The notes below the pieces were generated by a model, which saw nothing but the letters and a program-made list of their open reading frames with translations, did not search any database and had not been told where the DNA came from. A stretch of 64,000 bases of DNA from a virus (taxonomy: Duplodnaviria > Caudoviricetes): positions 146,130 to 210,129 of IMG/VR virus record IMGVR_UViG_3300021167_000382. The stretch is one strand, 5' to 3'. Shown here one piece after another: positions 32,681-43,058 of this stretch (the stretch's first letter is position 1; each line of letters starts with the position of its first letter). A program made the position numbers and the translations under genes.

Positions 32681-33973
32681 TTATTCGAACGTTTGATCTT
32701 GAAGATAGCGACCCAAGTCACTCGGTTGGACAGTAAAACCTGCTGCATTACGATGGCCACCGCCATTGAACAGTTCACAGATCACGTTGACCGGCGGACC
32801 GTCGTCCGTGCCACGAACAGTAAGTCGAGCACGACCGTCCCGAGTAGAGAGAAATACCACGATCGCTGTGTTAATCTTTTCTTTGAAATGGTCCAAGATA
32901 ACAGAAGCGAGTTGAGACCGTCCATCGCTATGAAACGCGTAAGCGATCTTATACTCATGCTCCTTATACTTCCAAGTCATAAAGAAAACGGATTCCTTTA
33001 CGATGTTAGCTTGAATCAATTCACGACTCTTTGTCACAGCTTCACCCATTTGGAGAAGCTTAGTCAGAAACCCGATAGATTCGGTTGCATTACCAGCGAA
33101 AGAGAAAAGCTGACGAAGGATTTCAGTGTGTCTGACTTCGACATCAAACCAACATGAGAGATCCTTTGCCTCTTTTGAAAGCTGTTTATGTAGCACGCCA
33201 TCGCCATTTTTATACTGCCAGGTGTCATGGAAATGAGTCAGGTAGGCGATACGTTCGGTCACATAGAGTTCTTTAGGACGACATGACGCCGAACGAGCGG
33301 TTGCTACCATACGCCAAGTCAACTCAGCCGTCGAGTACACGTCGGTGATGAAGATGGTATCGTTGTCAATACGAATCTCAACGTCATCCTTCTCTTGGAT
33401 GAGATGATGGTCCACCCAAACCACATGGCTGAACTTATTTTTTAAAATACCATAAAGCTCGGCGTTGAAACTATGATCGAGAATAAATACTGCATAGTCA
33501 TCGTCGTAAGACGAAACAGTTTCTTCAGCATTCTTAAAGAACGCTGATCCAGATCCAATCTCCACCAGTGATACATCTTCAGAGATTCCTGAAACCTTGA
33601 GATAGTCTTCAAGAATCAATGCGGCAACAACACCGTCTTGATCGCTGTCATGAATGATCAGAATACGAGCACCTGCGACATAGTTCTTGGTCAACTCTAG
33701 GAGCGCTTCACCTGCACAGCAGTCGTGTGACGTGTACTTCGCTCCAAGATAGTTACTGAGTCCTGCGCCAATATCGCCATTTTCTACTAATGGAACCGCA
33801 ACGCCTCTGAGTAGTTCATGATATTGCAACAACTTTGTGATTTTGATATTTTCCATAGCTCTATTTCCAACGATTGAAGGCAAAGTGAATAACTGAATTT
33901 TGAAAATGAGGATGGAGATCTTCCATATGGAATTCTTCTTGTTCGGTAGTCTGAATAATCTGAACCATGACAT
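32681..33973 (-). CDS. DHH/DHHA1 phosphoesterase (true start probably at 33856, MENIK)
   Basis: HDSDQDG, LDH, VDHH and GGGHRNAAG motifs. Confidence 0.85.
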   Translation of the reverse strand: MSWFRLFRLPNKKNSIWKISILIFKIQLFTLPSIVGNRAMENIKITKLLQYHELLRGVAVPLVENGDIGAGLSNYLGAKYTSHDCCAGEALLELTKNYVAGARILIIHDSDQDGVVAALILEDYLKVSGISEDVSLVEIGSGSAFFKNAEETVSSYDDDYAVFILDHSFNAELYGILKNKFSHVVWVDHHLIQEKDDVEIRIDNDTIFITDVYSTAELTWRMVATARSASCRPKELYVTERIAYLTHFHDTWQYKNGDGVLHKQLSKEAKDLSCWFDVEVRHTEILRQLFSFAGNATESIGFLTKLLQMGEAVTKSRELIQANIVKESVFFMTWKYKEHEYKIAYAFHSDGRSQLASVILDHFKEKINTAIVVFLSTRDGRARLTVRGTDDGPPVNVICELFNGGGHRNAAGFTVQPSDLGRYLQDQTFE

Positions 33974-34271
33974 CGACTACTGCCTCTGGTCGTAGTTTCA
34001 ACTGATGTCGTCGGATGATGGTTAAAACGATTGCATTCTGAAGGGATGCTTCTTGATCAGAGGTTCCATCCGGTAATCCTAAAGCTTGATCTCTCAACCA
34101 GGTTCTACAAAAAGGCTTCATCGGTGGTATAGGGGTACAGTCAATACTAGGCTGCATCCGGAATACCATCTCGCCATCATAAACCATGAGCTGAGCCGTA
34201 CCGTAATCTATAGAAGCAACAACATAAGCGGTTGTCCGATAGAAGTTTTGTTGTAACTTAATGATATTCAT
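33861..34271 (-). CDS. Hypothetical protein
   Basis: 136-aa ORF. Confidence 0.55.
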   Translation of the reverse strand: MNIIKLQQNFYRTTAYVVASIDYGTAQLMVYDGEMVFRMQPSIDCTPIPPMKPFCRTWLRDQALGLPDGTSDQEASLQNAIVLTIIRRHQLKLRPEAVVDVMVQIIQTTEQEEFHMEDLHPHFQNSVIHFAFNRWK

Positions 34272-34317
34272 GGCCAGTTATCCGATTTAAGGGTAGGGAC
34301 TACCCTACCCTTGATCA

Positions 34318-34896
34318 TCAGTAGTGTCTAACTACTTTACCTTCATAACGAAGGATCATTCGTAGGAAGCCTTCCTTCGTATAGACCACAGCTACATCAC
34401 CTGTATTCGGAAATTCGATATCCCAGAAATCCAGAGGTTCAGTGCCGAAGAACGTCGAGGGAATCTTTTCAAAGGGACCTTTGAGCGGACAGACGCCAGC
34501 TCCATCTTTCTTGATGAAGTAGTTTAGCGGTTCGGATAGACCAATCGCTGCGACAGTTTCATGTACCTGACAACGCTTCAGGTATATATTGAAGGCGTTC
34601 AGGAACATCGCGTCCTGTTTCGTTGACACACGCTGCAGTCCCTCATAGCGTGAATCCGTATCCTGCGATACCCAAGGAAAACCTGACTTAGCCAGCAGTG
34701 AGTAAGCTTCTGTGATATAGATCTCAGGAGGTACAGTGAACACGAAATCCGCACCATATACCAATGCTTGACCGTAGGTAGCTAGAAAGCTACTGATTGC
34801 TGGTACATCGTCATTCTTAAACACAGGAATACGCTGTGTCGCAGCCAATTCAGCAAAGGCATCGCATACTTCAGTATAGCTAAGATAATCCGACAT
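34318..34896 (-). CDS. Hypothetical protein
   Basis: 192-aa ORF with GGAG RBS. Confidence 0.6.
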   Translation of the reverse strand: MSDYLSYTEVCDAFAELAATQRIPVFKNDDVPAISSFLATYGQALVYGADFVFTVPPEIYITEAYSLLAKSGFPWVSQDTDSRYEGLQRVSTKQDAMFLNAFNIYLKRCQVHETVAAIGLSEPLNYFIKKDGAGVCPLKGPFEKIPSTFFGTEPLDFWDIEFPNTGDVAVVYTKEGFLRMILRYEGKVVRHY

Positions 34897-35001
34897 GTTA
34901 ACTCCAAAAGTGAACTTGATTCATTCCATCTAACTTAAATAGAAAAACATACACAGGAGGGTCGCCCCTCCTGTGTATGGGTAGCGATTAGGCTATGGGT
35001 A

Positions 35002-35247
35002 TTACGGTGCAGGGGTTTCCTGAACCGGTGCCGGCGAAGCAACCCACGCCTGGCGTGCGGCTTCATCGGTGACTTGCATTTCACCCAGGGTGTAGATCAT
35101 GCCTTCTTGCGGTTCAGTCGGGTACGGGTCAGCGATGACCGGGACCCATTGACCATACGGCAAGCCGGAAGCGATGGATGCATTTTCCTGGCAGCAGAGT
35201 TCGGTCAGGGAGATGACTTGCTTGGAAACTTTATTGCAGTAAAACAT
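35002..35247 (-). CDS. Small tail-fibre-associated-like protein
   Basis: 81 aa, AGGAG RBS, coupled to 35263..35664. Confidence 0.45.
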   Translation of the reverse strand: MFYCNKVSKQVISLTELCCQENASIASGLPYGQWVPVIADPYPTEPQEGMIYTLGEMQVTDEAARQAWVASPAPVQETPAP

Positions 35248-35262
35248 CAGGGATCTCCTTGA

Positions 35263-35664
35263 TTACTTCGAGTCGCTGGAAACGACGCCCATTTCGAAAC
35301 GGACGCCGCCATCGCGGGTGTAGCCAGCCAGGACGCAACGGCCCGAGGTCGGCAGGGTGGGAGGCGTGCCCTTGTCCCACTTGAAGGAAGCCGGCCAGGT
35401 CACGTTAGTTGCAGCAGTCAGAACGATTTCCAGTAGGAACTCATCGATGACGCCGGAAGCCAGCGGGTTGATGACAGAGACAGAGACAGCGGCGCCGCTC
35501 AGATTCAGAACGTGAACGTCGCTCTTGGAAAGATCGACGACGCCTGCGGCGACGGTAGCGATCTCGTTACCGTTGCTTTTTCCCCAGACACTATTGTTGG
35601 CGATAAAACGCTGACCGTTGAGGCGAATAGTTGCGCCGTCTACCGGATTGTTCGGAAAGTCCAT
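35263..35664 (-). CDS. Tail-fibre/virion accessory-like protein
   Basis: DFPNNPVDG N-terminus and VTWPASFKW..GTPPTL..G..VL...TRDGG C-terminal pattern typical of phage fibre proteins. Confidence 0.55.
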   Translation of the reverse strand: MDFPNNPVDGATIRLNGQRFIANNSVWGKSNGNEIATVAAGVVDLSKSDVHVLNLSGAAVSVSVINPLASGVIDEFLLEIVLTAATNVTWPASFKWDKGTPPTLPTSGRCVLAGYTRDGGVRFEMGVVSSDSK

Positions 35665-35725
35665 TGGAACTCCTCTAGTTAACAGTAAAGAAAAACCTAT
35701 ACTCCACCTTATTTCAGACTTTTAC

Positions 35726-36166
35726 TCAGAACTGAGTTTTTAGTAGTAAGCGATCCTTTAAAACGCTAGTAATATCCTTCATCACGTCGCTGTTTGTTGT
35801 TTCGGCCGTCAGCCGAATTTTGACTGAAATACCGTGTCTCTGGTCAACTAGTTCAATGTCTTCATAGAGCGCGGTCCTATCTTCAGTTAGGAAGAAACAA
35901 CGAAGTTTCTTAGGGATCTCTAAAAAACGTTTCTTCAACTGCATCAGTTTATACCGAACATAATAACCTGATGAAATTGACTCTGGTAGATTTTCCTTCT
36001 TGAGCATGAGAACTTCTTCATCGCTGATACATCCGAAGTCTTCAGGTGACATATCCATTAACTTGATTGGATTTGAATCTTCATCATAAATGACGATACC
36101 TGTCTTTTCAGGATTCACTGAAAAAGAGACAGGCCAACCAAAACCTTGGGTGGTGGTGTTAGTCAT
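35726..36166 (-). CDS. Hypothetical protein
   Basis: 146-aa ORF with AGGAG RBS. Confidence 0.6.
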   Translation of the reverse strand: MTNTTTQGFGWPVSFSVNPEKTGIVIYDEDSNPIKLMDMSPEDFGCISDEEVLMLKKENLPESISSGYYVRYKLMQLKKRFLEIPKKLRCFFLTEDRTALYEDIELVDQRHGISVKIRLTAETTNSDVMKDITSVLKDRLLLKTQF

Positions 36167-36325
36167 GGCGAACTCCTAGTTTATTGAGGGATCTTATTCT
36201 TGAGGGTTCCGTAATTCGAGCTTTTTCTTCACGATATCGAAAATCTCAGAAATGAAACTTATATTTGCAGTGTTAAAAAGAATGCGAATTCTGACATCTA
36301 GTCCTGTTATTTTATCCTTCAGGAA

Positions 36326-36919
36326 TCACACTACTGGGAGTTGCACACCTGTTTGTCCTTGGTATTTACCACCACGGTCAGCATAGGACACATCACAAGG
36401 CTCACCCTCAAAGAAGATGAACTGTGCGATGCCTTCATTGACATAAACACGAATTGGGGACGGCGTTCCATTTGCTGCTTCGATGACCACATACCCTTCA
36501 AACCCTGCTTCGATTGGCGTACAGTTGATCAGTAGACCGGAGCGAGCGTAAGTTGATTTCCCAACCACAATCACTTGGATATTTCGAGGAATACAGAAGT
36601 ACTCTTCCGTTCGACCCAGTAAGTAACCATTTGGCGGAAGAATTACATAAGAACTACCGTCTTCATCTTCGAGGAGTTCCAGGTCAAGTAGAAGCTTTTT
36701 CTCATCGAAACGCTTTGGATCAACAATCCCGCCAAGCATGTTGTGAAAGATCTTCACATCGCTTGCAAGTTTAACATCATAGCCATAGGAGGAAAGTCCA
36801 TGGCTGATGACTTTAGCTGCCTCCGTCTTGCGAATAAGCCTGTTGCTGAACGGAGCAATCATCGGCTTGAGTAAAGCCTCATCACTCAGCAGCGTAATCT
36901 GGGTATCATTGAGGACCAT
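36326..36919 (-). CDS. dcd: dCTP deaminase
   Basis: ISHGLSSYGYD, GKSTYARSG, TPIEAGFEG, SYADRGGKYQGQ. Confidence 0.95.
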   Translation of the reverse strand: MVLNDTQITLLSDEALLKPMIAPFSNRLIRKTEAAKVISHGLSSYGYDVKLASDVKIFHNMLGGIVDPKRFDEKKLLLDLELLEDEDGSSYVILPPNGYLLGRTEEYFCIPRNIQVIVVGKSTYARSGLLINCTPIEAGFEGYVVIEAANGTPSPIRVYVNEGIAQFIFFEGEPCDVSYADRGGKYQGQTGVQLPVV

Positions 36920-37259
36920 TTAGTTTCTCCTAATTATGCATAGTAAGTTGATCTACAGAATGAAGCCCGGAAACAAAAAAAGAAAGAGAGGGACATTGTC
37001 CCTCTCCATCTCTAGCGAACTATCAGTCAGTCGCTTCAATATCCATCATGACTTCCAGTCGATCAAGGATGTCGTCGATGAAGATCTTGCGGCCAATAGG
37101 AAGTTCTTTCAAGAGTCGATCGTATTCCGTTCGAATCTTGGTATCCTGACAACCAACGATCGCTTCTCTGATATAACCGATACGGCGAACGCGAAGGATG
37201 TTTTCGACTTCATAGGTCAGGCAACGGAGATCAGGCGTACTGAGTTTACTGACATCAAT

Positions 37260-38129
37260 TCAAAGACGTTCTTCGGTAATCAATGCTGCAGTTGGCTGAA
37301 TCATGGGACTATCTTCTTCCTTTATTAACGGAGCCGTATTGACATTACGTCCTGAATATTGATTAAAAGACGTGAACGAATTCTTCGGAGATTCTTGGGT
37401 ACTGACACCTGTGATCTTTTCTACTAGGTCATCTTGCATATCCAGAAACTCTTCGATCATCGTGACCAGTGTCTCAACGCCTGCATCCGTAAAACCTCGT
37501 TGAATGAGCGTTTGTTTAAAATAACTAGGAACACACCGAGGTTTCGTCTGCATTTGCGCCATCGATATAGCGACACCGTTCCGTTTTGGTATGGCGATCA
37601 CCACACTACGGCCGCTTGTGAGGGAGTCCATCGCATAAGCTGTAACTTGCTGTTGATATATAGGCGACCAGCAACAGAGCCCATCGTCAGTATTGGTGAG
37701 TTTCCCCATAAGGACGGTTTTCCAATCCTTTATAACCTGCAGGGTCATCACTGAAACGAGCGGGTCACAGACAAGACTATATCTAAACGGAATCGAACCT
37801 CTCCAGAGAAACGACTTTGCCAGATTAAAAGGTTCTTTTTCCTTGAAACCAAATAGCAAGCTGGAGACCTTTTTAGACTGGAATAAATCAGGTCTATTAG
37901 GAACACCGAAATCAACAGCAGCTTGGTTTTGTTGAGAACCTGGCATTCTAAATTCCGGAGTAATAGCTTTCTTCACAAGGTTTTCAAAGTAACCGGATAT
38001 CGCTGGTGATTTATCGATAAATGCGATTATCAACGCGATGATGACTTCGACGCTGAATTCCGCTGGCCATTTCTTAGGGAATTTAAAATCGCCATACTTG
38101 ACAGATAAATCAGCAGGCGTAAGCATCAC
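37260..38129 (-). CDS. Hypothetical protein
   Basis: 289-aa ORF. Confidence 0.6.
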   Translation of the reverse strand: MMLTPADLSVKYGDFKFPKKWPAEFSVEVIIALIIAFIDKSPAISGYFENLVKKAITPEFRMPGSQQNQAAVDFGVPNRPDLFQSKKVSSLLFGFKEKEPFNLAKSFLWRGSIPFRYSLVCDPLVSVMTLQVIKDWKTVLMGKLTNTDDGLCCWSPIYQQQVTAYAMDSLTSGRSVVIAIPKRNGVAISMAQMQTKPRCVPSYFKQTLIQRGFTDAGVETLVTMIEEFLDMQDDLVEKITGVSTQESPKNSFTSFNQYSGRNVNTAPLIKEEDSPMIQPTAALITEERL

Positions 38130-38407
38130 TTTATGAACCCGGCTACCAGAAGGTACGTGTATGTGAAATCATACTTAAGCATTTCAGAATCATGAGCGTA
38201 ATGGATAAAGGCGCACAGTTCTTCCTGTCCTTCGAAATCAAACCGAAGTTGACTGACCTCATCAATGAAAACACGACCCACTCGAAGATTACCTTCTTCT
38301 GTTTCCAAGTTAATCATTATGTAACGAGAGTTACCATAGCGAACCAGACTGCATTTAAAGTCGTTCTTAATAGTAGGAACAACGAATTCAATTTTTCGTA
38401 ACGTCAT
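38126..38407 (-). CDS. Hypothetical protein
   Basis: 93-aa ORF after the promoter motif at 38454. Confidence 0.6.
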   Translation of the reverse strand: MTLRKIEFVVPTIKNDFKCSLVRYGNSRYIMINLETEEGNLRVGRVFIDEVSQLRFDFEGQEELCAFIHYAHDSEMLKYDFTYTYLLVAGFIK

Positions 38408-38552
38408 TTTGAATCTCCTAGGTGAAATAGAAGCATAGGCTTCAGGGACACTTTAAATATACATGAGTGAAAATGTTTACATGAATCTTGAAGATAAATA
38501 AAAAATAAACGGCATAGACGAGGGAGGCATCGGCCTCCCTCGTCTAGTGTTA

Positions 38553-39131
38553 TTACGGGACCAGCTTACTTTCCTGCTCAGTAAGTACAGGTTTGGGTTC
38601 TGGGTGAAGCGCGGCATAAAGCTTGAGGAAGAAATCCTCATGCTTCTTCACGAAGTTAACCAGCACCTTACTGACATTGATTCGACAGCCCGGTGGCAAA
38701 CGGTAGTTCAGATTGATGGCGTACGGAGCATCAGTCTTGATAGCATTAGCGATCGAGGCCATGTTATGAAGCACATGCAGTGAAATAACCGGTGCGAAAG
38801 TCTTTTCAGAAAGCGCAGTCGCTTGCTGAAGCATTGCCATGACTTCTTCTTTCGTGACTTCTTCATGGACACCTGATACCGTAGCGGCAGCCATCAGCCA
38901 AGGCAGATAGCTGTTCTCGATGTAGGTGGCGTATTTTTCTTGACGATCGCCCGTGCCGATGAAGACAGAGGCTTTCGGGGCAAGAATAGAGCGAGCAGTG
39001 ATTACCAGATTAACCGGCTTGACACTTTCCAACACTGCGTTTTTAGCAACAACAGCCAAACCGCTCAGTTCAGTTTCTTTCGATTCCATGTTTTTCTTTC
39101 TTAAGTTAATGAATCCAGGGAGTCGGCTCAT
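38553..39131 (-). CDS. Hypothetical protein
   Basis: 192-aa ORF (start may be the internal MESKE). Confidence 0.55.
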   Translation of the reverse strand: MSRLPGFINLRKKNMESKETELSGLAVVAKNAVLESVKPVNLVITARSILAPKASVFIGTGDRQEKYATYIENSYLPWLMAAATVSGVHEEVTKEEVMAMLQQATALSEKTFAPVISLHVLHNMASIANAIKTDAPYAINLNYRLPPGCRINVSKVLVNFVKKHEDFFLKLYAALHPEPKPVLTEQESKLVP

Positions 39132-39594
39132 ACAGAATGAAGTCGTAACTGTCAGACTGATAATACGCCGAGAGTTTTGAGAGCTTACTATGAATCAAAC
39201 GTTCTCTGAGTGTGTCATCGACTGGCACTCTCATGAACTGTCGTGGTGCGGTACCTTGGATAATGAACATCAAAGGCATCATTTTAGCTAATTGGCTTAC
39301 TTGATCCAATTTACTCATGGCTGTTAAGACAGTCCTTGACAAGTCAACAGCCGTTTCTTCAGGGATAGGACTTTCTAATCTACGAGGTCCGAGATAAATA
39401 ACGATCTCAGGAAAACCTTGATTAACCAGTCCGATGGTGTGGAACATGAGACTATCCACCGATGTCAAATAGCCATCGACCGGTGATAATTCAATATTCA
39501 AACCAATTTCTTCTCCACCCTTGGTCTTCCAGTCAAATAGTTCCTTGACAGTTGAGAAGAATGGAGAAGGATCTTGTTTTACACGGGACATCAT
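39106..39594 (-). CDS. Hypothetical protein
   Basis: 162-aa ORF; HTIGL...GFPEIVI pattern. Confidence 0.55.
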   Translation of the reverse strand: MMSRVKQDPSPFFSTVKELFDWKTKGGEEIGLNIELSPVDGYLTSVDSLMFHTIGLVNQGFPEIVIYLGPRRLESPIPEETAVDLSRTVLTAMSKLDQVSQLAKMMPLMFIIQGTAPRQFMRVPVDDTLRERLIHSKLSKLSAYYQSDSYDFILYEPTPWIH

Positions 39595-41117
39595 GCAGCC
39601 GTTTTATTCGATCGAATAACCACATGCTGAATACCGTAGAACTTACAGCGTTCGATCATGTGTTTGCTACCATGAGACTCACCATCCCAGAGTATTAGAC
39701 CAAAAGTAGCATACTGTGCCATTTCTTCATTTCGAATGAATCCGGCAGCTTTCCCATTCTTATCCCAATCAGCAGGGAACTTCATACAGGGAAGGTTTTC
39801 TTCAGCCGCAATAGTGATACAGGATGCATCTGGACCACGTTTTGCAACGCCAGACACGAACTCGATAACCTTGATCTTAAGATCACGATAACAAGCACGA
39901 ACCAAATCGTCGTCGTTGATCGTTCGGCTACCAGCGATTAAGAGCTTATGCGCTTTTCCATTCAGGAAATCACGCACGTCCTCAATGTATTCGTGTATCC
40001 AGGAAAAAGCTTCCGGGTAAGTGATTCGGTATTCCTTCTCATCACCCCAGATGTAGTAATGTGTCAACGGAATACTGGAGTTTTTCAACAGACTGCACAG
40101 ACGTTCATTCTGCTCAATCTTACAAAGAATCGCTTTCTTGATTTCCGCATTGAAGCCCTTCATCTCAGGCTTCTTATTTCCTTGCTTCTCAAGTGCATCT
40201 CGAAGAACACTACCTTCCTTCTTGGCTTGAAAGCCATAGAGGCTTCGTAAGTTGTCATGCTGCTTACCCAATGATAACCAATACCAGAATGCTTCCACCG
40301 ATGAGAAGTAGCCGTATTCGGGATGCTTGAAAGGCGTATGGCCGAAGTTACTCAACAGGCGACCCAGCTCCGTCTTACCCTTAGAGTAGACGTTGATATG
40401 CGTGATGCCGTCTTCTGCTGGATCGAAATCGATCTTCTGATGGTTATGATCATTCTTGAAGTGATGATAGGCAAGTTCATATTCAAGATTGTTCTTACGG
40501 AACTCCGAAACGAACTCCGCGATGATGACCAGTTTACTGGCTTCATACGGTGTCATCGGCGTGATGTTCAATTCAGTCTGGTTTTCGATGATACCCCGGA
40601 AAGCGTTTTCAACAGCAGGATCACGGGCCATGATCTGTCGGGCTAGGTAGTTACGATACAGCTCTACTGCCTTAGCATCGTCATTGAGCGATTTGTGTTC
40701 AGGATGCTCGAGTGCGAGCAAGCATTGTACATTAGTAGACATCATCGTCCCTTTCTTCTGGACATTGCCATAAACCCAATCAAAGAGTTCTAGCGACTGA
40801 GAGACTCCGCCTTCTCGATGGAAGAACTCCCATATTTCTTTTACGGTATCGCCATGGCAAGCAGCAGGCTTACAATAGCACATGATCAAATCATCCTCTT
40901 TCAACGATTCAATCGCTGAGAGAATACGCTGGTCTCTTTCTATGATCCGAGCAATGAAATAGGCTCTGAATCGTTCTATGGATTGTTCTCTATTACAAGA
41001 ATCAGTAATAGGGAAAGGATTCTGAAGTGGCGAAGGGCGGCCGATGTAAACTGCGCGAGTACGTTCTTCAGGGGAAGCTTTATATTTGTTAATTACTTCC
41101 ACGGAACACTCCTTCAA
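39591..41117 (-). CDS. Multidomain protein: DUF4326-like + NADAR-like + SLOG (YspA/DUF2493-like)
   Basis: VYIGRPS..QNPF...C.CKP.ACHGD; HINVYSKGKTELGRLLSNF.HTPF...F.SVEAFWYWL; LLIAGSR...SGVAKRGPD...PADWDKNGKAAGFIRN.EMA...WDGESHGSKHMI. Confidence 0.75.
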   Translation of the reverse strand: MKECSVEVINKYKASPEERTRAVYIGRPSPLQNPFPITDSCNREQSIERFRAYFIARIIERDQRILSAIESLKEDDLIMCYCKPAACHGDTVKEIWEFFHREGGVSQSLELFDWVYGNVQKKGTMMSTNVQCLLALEHPEHKSLNDDAKAVELYRNYLARQIMARDPAVENAFRGIIENQTELNITPMTPYEASKLVIIAEFVSEFRKNNLEYELAYHHFKNDHNHQKIDFDPAEDGITHINVYSKGKTELGRLLSNFGHTPFKHPEYGYFSSVEAFWYWLSLGKQHDNLRSLYGFQAKKEGSVLRDALEKQGNKKPEMKGFNAEIKKAILCKIEQNERLCSLLKNSSIPLTHYYIWGDEKEYRITYPEAFSWIHEYIEDVRDFLNGKAHKLLIAGSRTINDDDLVRACYRDLKIKVIEFVSGVAKRGPDASCITIAAEENLPCMKFPADWDKNGKAAGFIRNEEMAQYATFGLILWDGESHGSKHMIERCKFYGIQHVVIRSNKTAA

Positions 41118-41194
41118 TTTGACTTAAAGATTTCATGCACTCAATACTTCACCACTGAAGAAAAAAGAGAGACCGAAGTCTCTCTAGTTACTGA

Positions 41195-41605
41195 TTAGTC
41201 ATCGTTGTCAGGTGGGAACTCGGCATCGTAGTCGGCTTGATCCTTGCGCCGACGTTCGACATGCTTCTCTTTCACCCAACACGCTTTACAGATGTCAAGT
41301 GGTTCATCGCCAGAAGGGGCATAAAAATCGTACCATTTCCACTTCAAAGCATCTTTCGCTTCGACCTCTTTCCCGCAGTCATGACAGGTGACAAGTTCTT
41401 CACCTTCACGTTCTTCTGCTTCAGCATTACATGCCTCGCAGCAAACGTAAGACGCTACTGTACCGAAAGTATCCATCTCTTTACGGTTATAAGCAGCACA
41501 TGAAGGATCTGCTTCGACATGTGGACAGCAGCTGTCGTCAGCGGCATGCTCTTTCTTATATGCTACCGATTTTCTTTCGATATAATCCACTGTAAACCAG
41601 TTCAT
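41195..41605 (-). CDS. Zinc-finger-like Cys-rich protein
   Basis: Multiple CxxC pairs. Confidence 0.6.
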   Translation of the reverse strand: MNWFTVDYIERKSVAYKKEHAADDSCCPHVEADPSCAAYNRKEMDTFGTVASYVCCEACNAEAEEREGEELVTCHDCGKEVEAKDALKWKWYDFYAPSGDEPLDICKACWVKEKHVERRRKDQADYDAEFPPDNDD

Positions 41606-41753
41606 GGTAAATCTCCTAATGCGCTATGAAGAAGACCCGTCGTAGCTCAGGTTAAAGATAATGCGACTAACTACACTTTAAATATACATGAATAAAAAAG
41701 AATAGAAACACATAGGACAGAGACGGGAACTCCCCGTCTCTGTCCTAGTTAAA

Positions 41754-42092
41754 TTATTTCTTCGTTGATTCAGCTGCTGCCAGTTCGTTATTCGTCTTGA
41801 CCTTGGTTTTCAATTCCGTCATTGTAGACAGAATCGTATTCCAAAAGCTTGATCCGCCGGACACTGCAAGGCCGGTGATAAGCACCGTAGCCCATAAAGG
41901 CATCGATACCGATGGGATGGTCAAGGGTGCGCTGTATGCCAGCCCAGCGCCGAATAGACCAGAGAGGACCTGATACACGGAAGGATTCACTTCCAGCTTG
42001 CTTAGCCAAGCTTTCTTGAAGATATCGGTCAGTCGCTCTGCCGCCACACTCAACAGTGCGAAGTACGTGATGATTTCGGTGAATTTATCCAA
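41754..42092 (-). CDS. Small membrane protein, holin-like
   Basis: Two to three hydrophobic segments, ITGLAVSGGSSFW motif, charged C-terminus. Confidence 0.55.
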   Translation of the reverse strand: MDKFTEIITYFALLSVAAERLTDIFKKAWLSKLEVNPSVYQVLSGLFGAGLAYSAPLTIPSVSMPLWATVLITGLAVSGGSSFWNTILSTMTELKTKVKTNNELAAAESTKK

Positions 42093-42103
42093 ACTATGAC
42101 TCC

Positions 42104-42625
42104 TTATGGAATTTTGAACTCGAAAGTATGGTAGACTTCGTCCATAAGATCGTTCTGTAAGGACATGATCACATGATCATCGTCACTCAACCAATGAGGT
42201 TTTATTCCACGTTGTCTGATACGGTCTTGAAAAACTACCGCTGTGGGGGACGGAATCATCTCAACAACGATTTGACTGTATTGGCGAGTTAACCGAACGA
42301 AGCTTCCGGTGTAGTCACCCCATTCCTCTGCTTCTTTACAAGCTGCGACAAATTCATCATGGACCGCTGGCGACTTCCCAATAAATACCTTAGCAACAGG
42401 GATAAGTAACGTCCCGCCACAGCAATCGAAGTCTCGCACCAACGCGTTACATGAAGACTTCAGTGATTCACGGAGAATCTCATACGCCACTCGGTCATCC
42501 CTTATGTAAGCAGGAATATCGAAATAGTAGTTCAATGGATATGCTTCTTTCTTATGCTGACTCCGGCGCCAGTAAATCACGGTCAGCAGAATGAAAAAGA
42601 TCACGATAAGAAACCAGTTATTCAT
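42104..42625 (-). CDS. Hypothetical membrane-anchored protein
   Basis: N-terminal TM segment. Confidence 0.6.
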   Translation of the reverse strand: MNNWFLIVIFFILLTVIYWRRSQHKKEAYPLNYYFDIPAYIRDDRVAYEILRESLKSSCNALVRDFDCCGGTLLIPVAKVFIGKSPAVHDEFVAACKEAEEWGDYTGSFVRLTRQYSQIVVEMIPSPTAVVFQDRIRQRGIKPHWLSDDDHVIMSLQNDLMDEVYHTFEFKIP

Positions 42626-42637
42626 AATGTTACTCCT

Positions 42638-43039
42638 TTAGATGACGCTCTTCTTACTGCGTCGCAGTCCGCCTCGTTCATTGAGTCGACTTAGATTAAC
42701 TAAGATCTCCTCTCGAGAAGGTGACCAGTGTCCTAACCAAGATGCATCGATACCAATCGTAAGACTGTCATCATCCGGAAAGTTCACCGCTCGCCCTCGA
42801 ATAAGACACTCTCTAACCAGTGACCGATAGCGTGACCTTAACCAACCAAGTTTGTTGAAGAAGAACTTCACGTGTCCTTTGCCAAGCACATACTGACTTG
42901 GAATCTCAATGTCCTTAGGCGTCAAGCCTCTTGATTGCACTTGACGCACGAGGTTGAAGATACGAGGGAGTTCACGATACTCAGCACCCAGATGTTTATC
43001 TAGCAAGTAGACGGGATCGATCAGGTTAATCCTTGTCAA
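42638..43039 (-). CDS. denV: Pyrimidine-dimer DNA glycosylase / endonuclease V
   Basis: MTRINL....L.DKHL.AEYRELPRIF...Y.LG.GHVKFF.NKL signature. Confidence 0.93.
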   Translation of the reverse strand: MTRINLIDPVYLLDKHLGAEYRELPRIFNLVRQVQSRGLTPKDIEIPSQYVLGKGHVKFFFNKLGWLRSRYRSLVRECLIRGRAVNFPDDDSLTIGIDASWLGHWSPSREEILVNLSRLNERGGLRRSKKSVI

Positions 43040-43058
43040 GGTAAGCTCCCTCTAATAA

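Noticed and set aside
36936-37328. 130-aa plus-strand ORF
   Set aside because: Runs through a terminator hairpin and antisense to the minus-strand operon; probably a shadow ORF.
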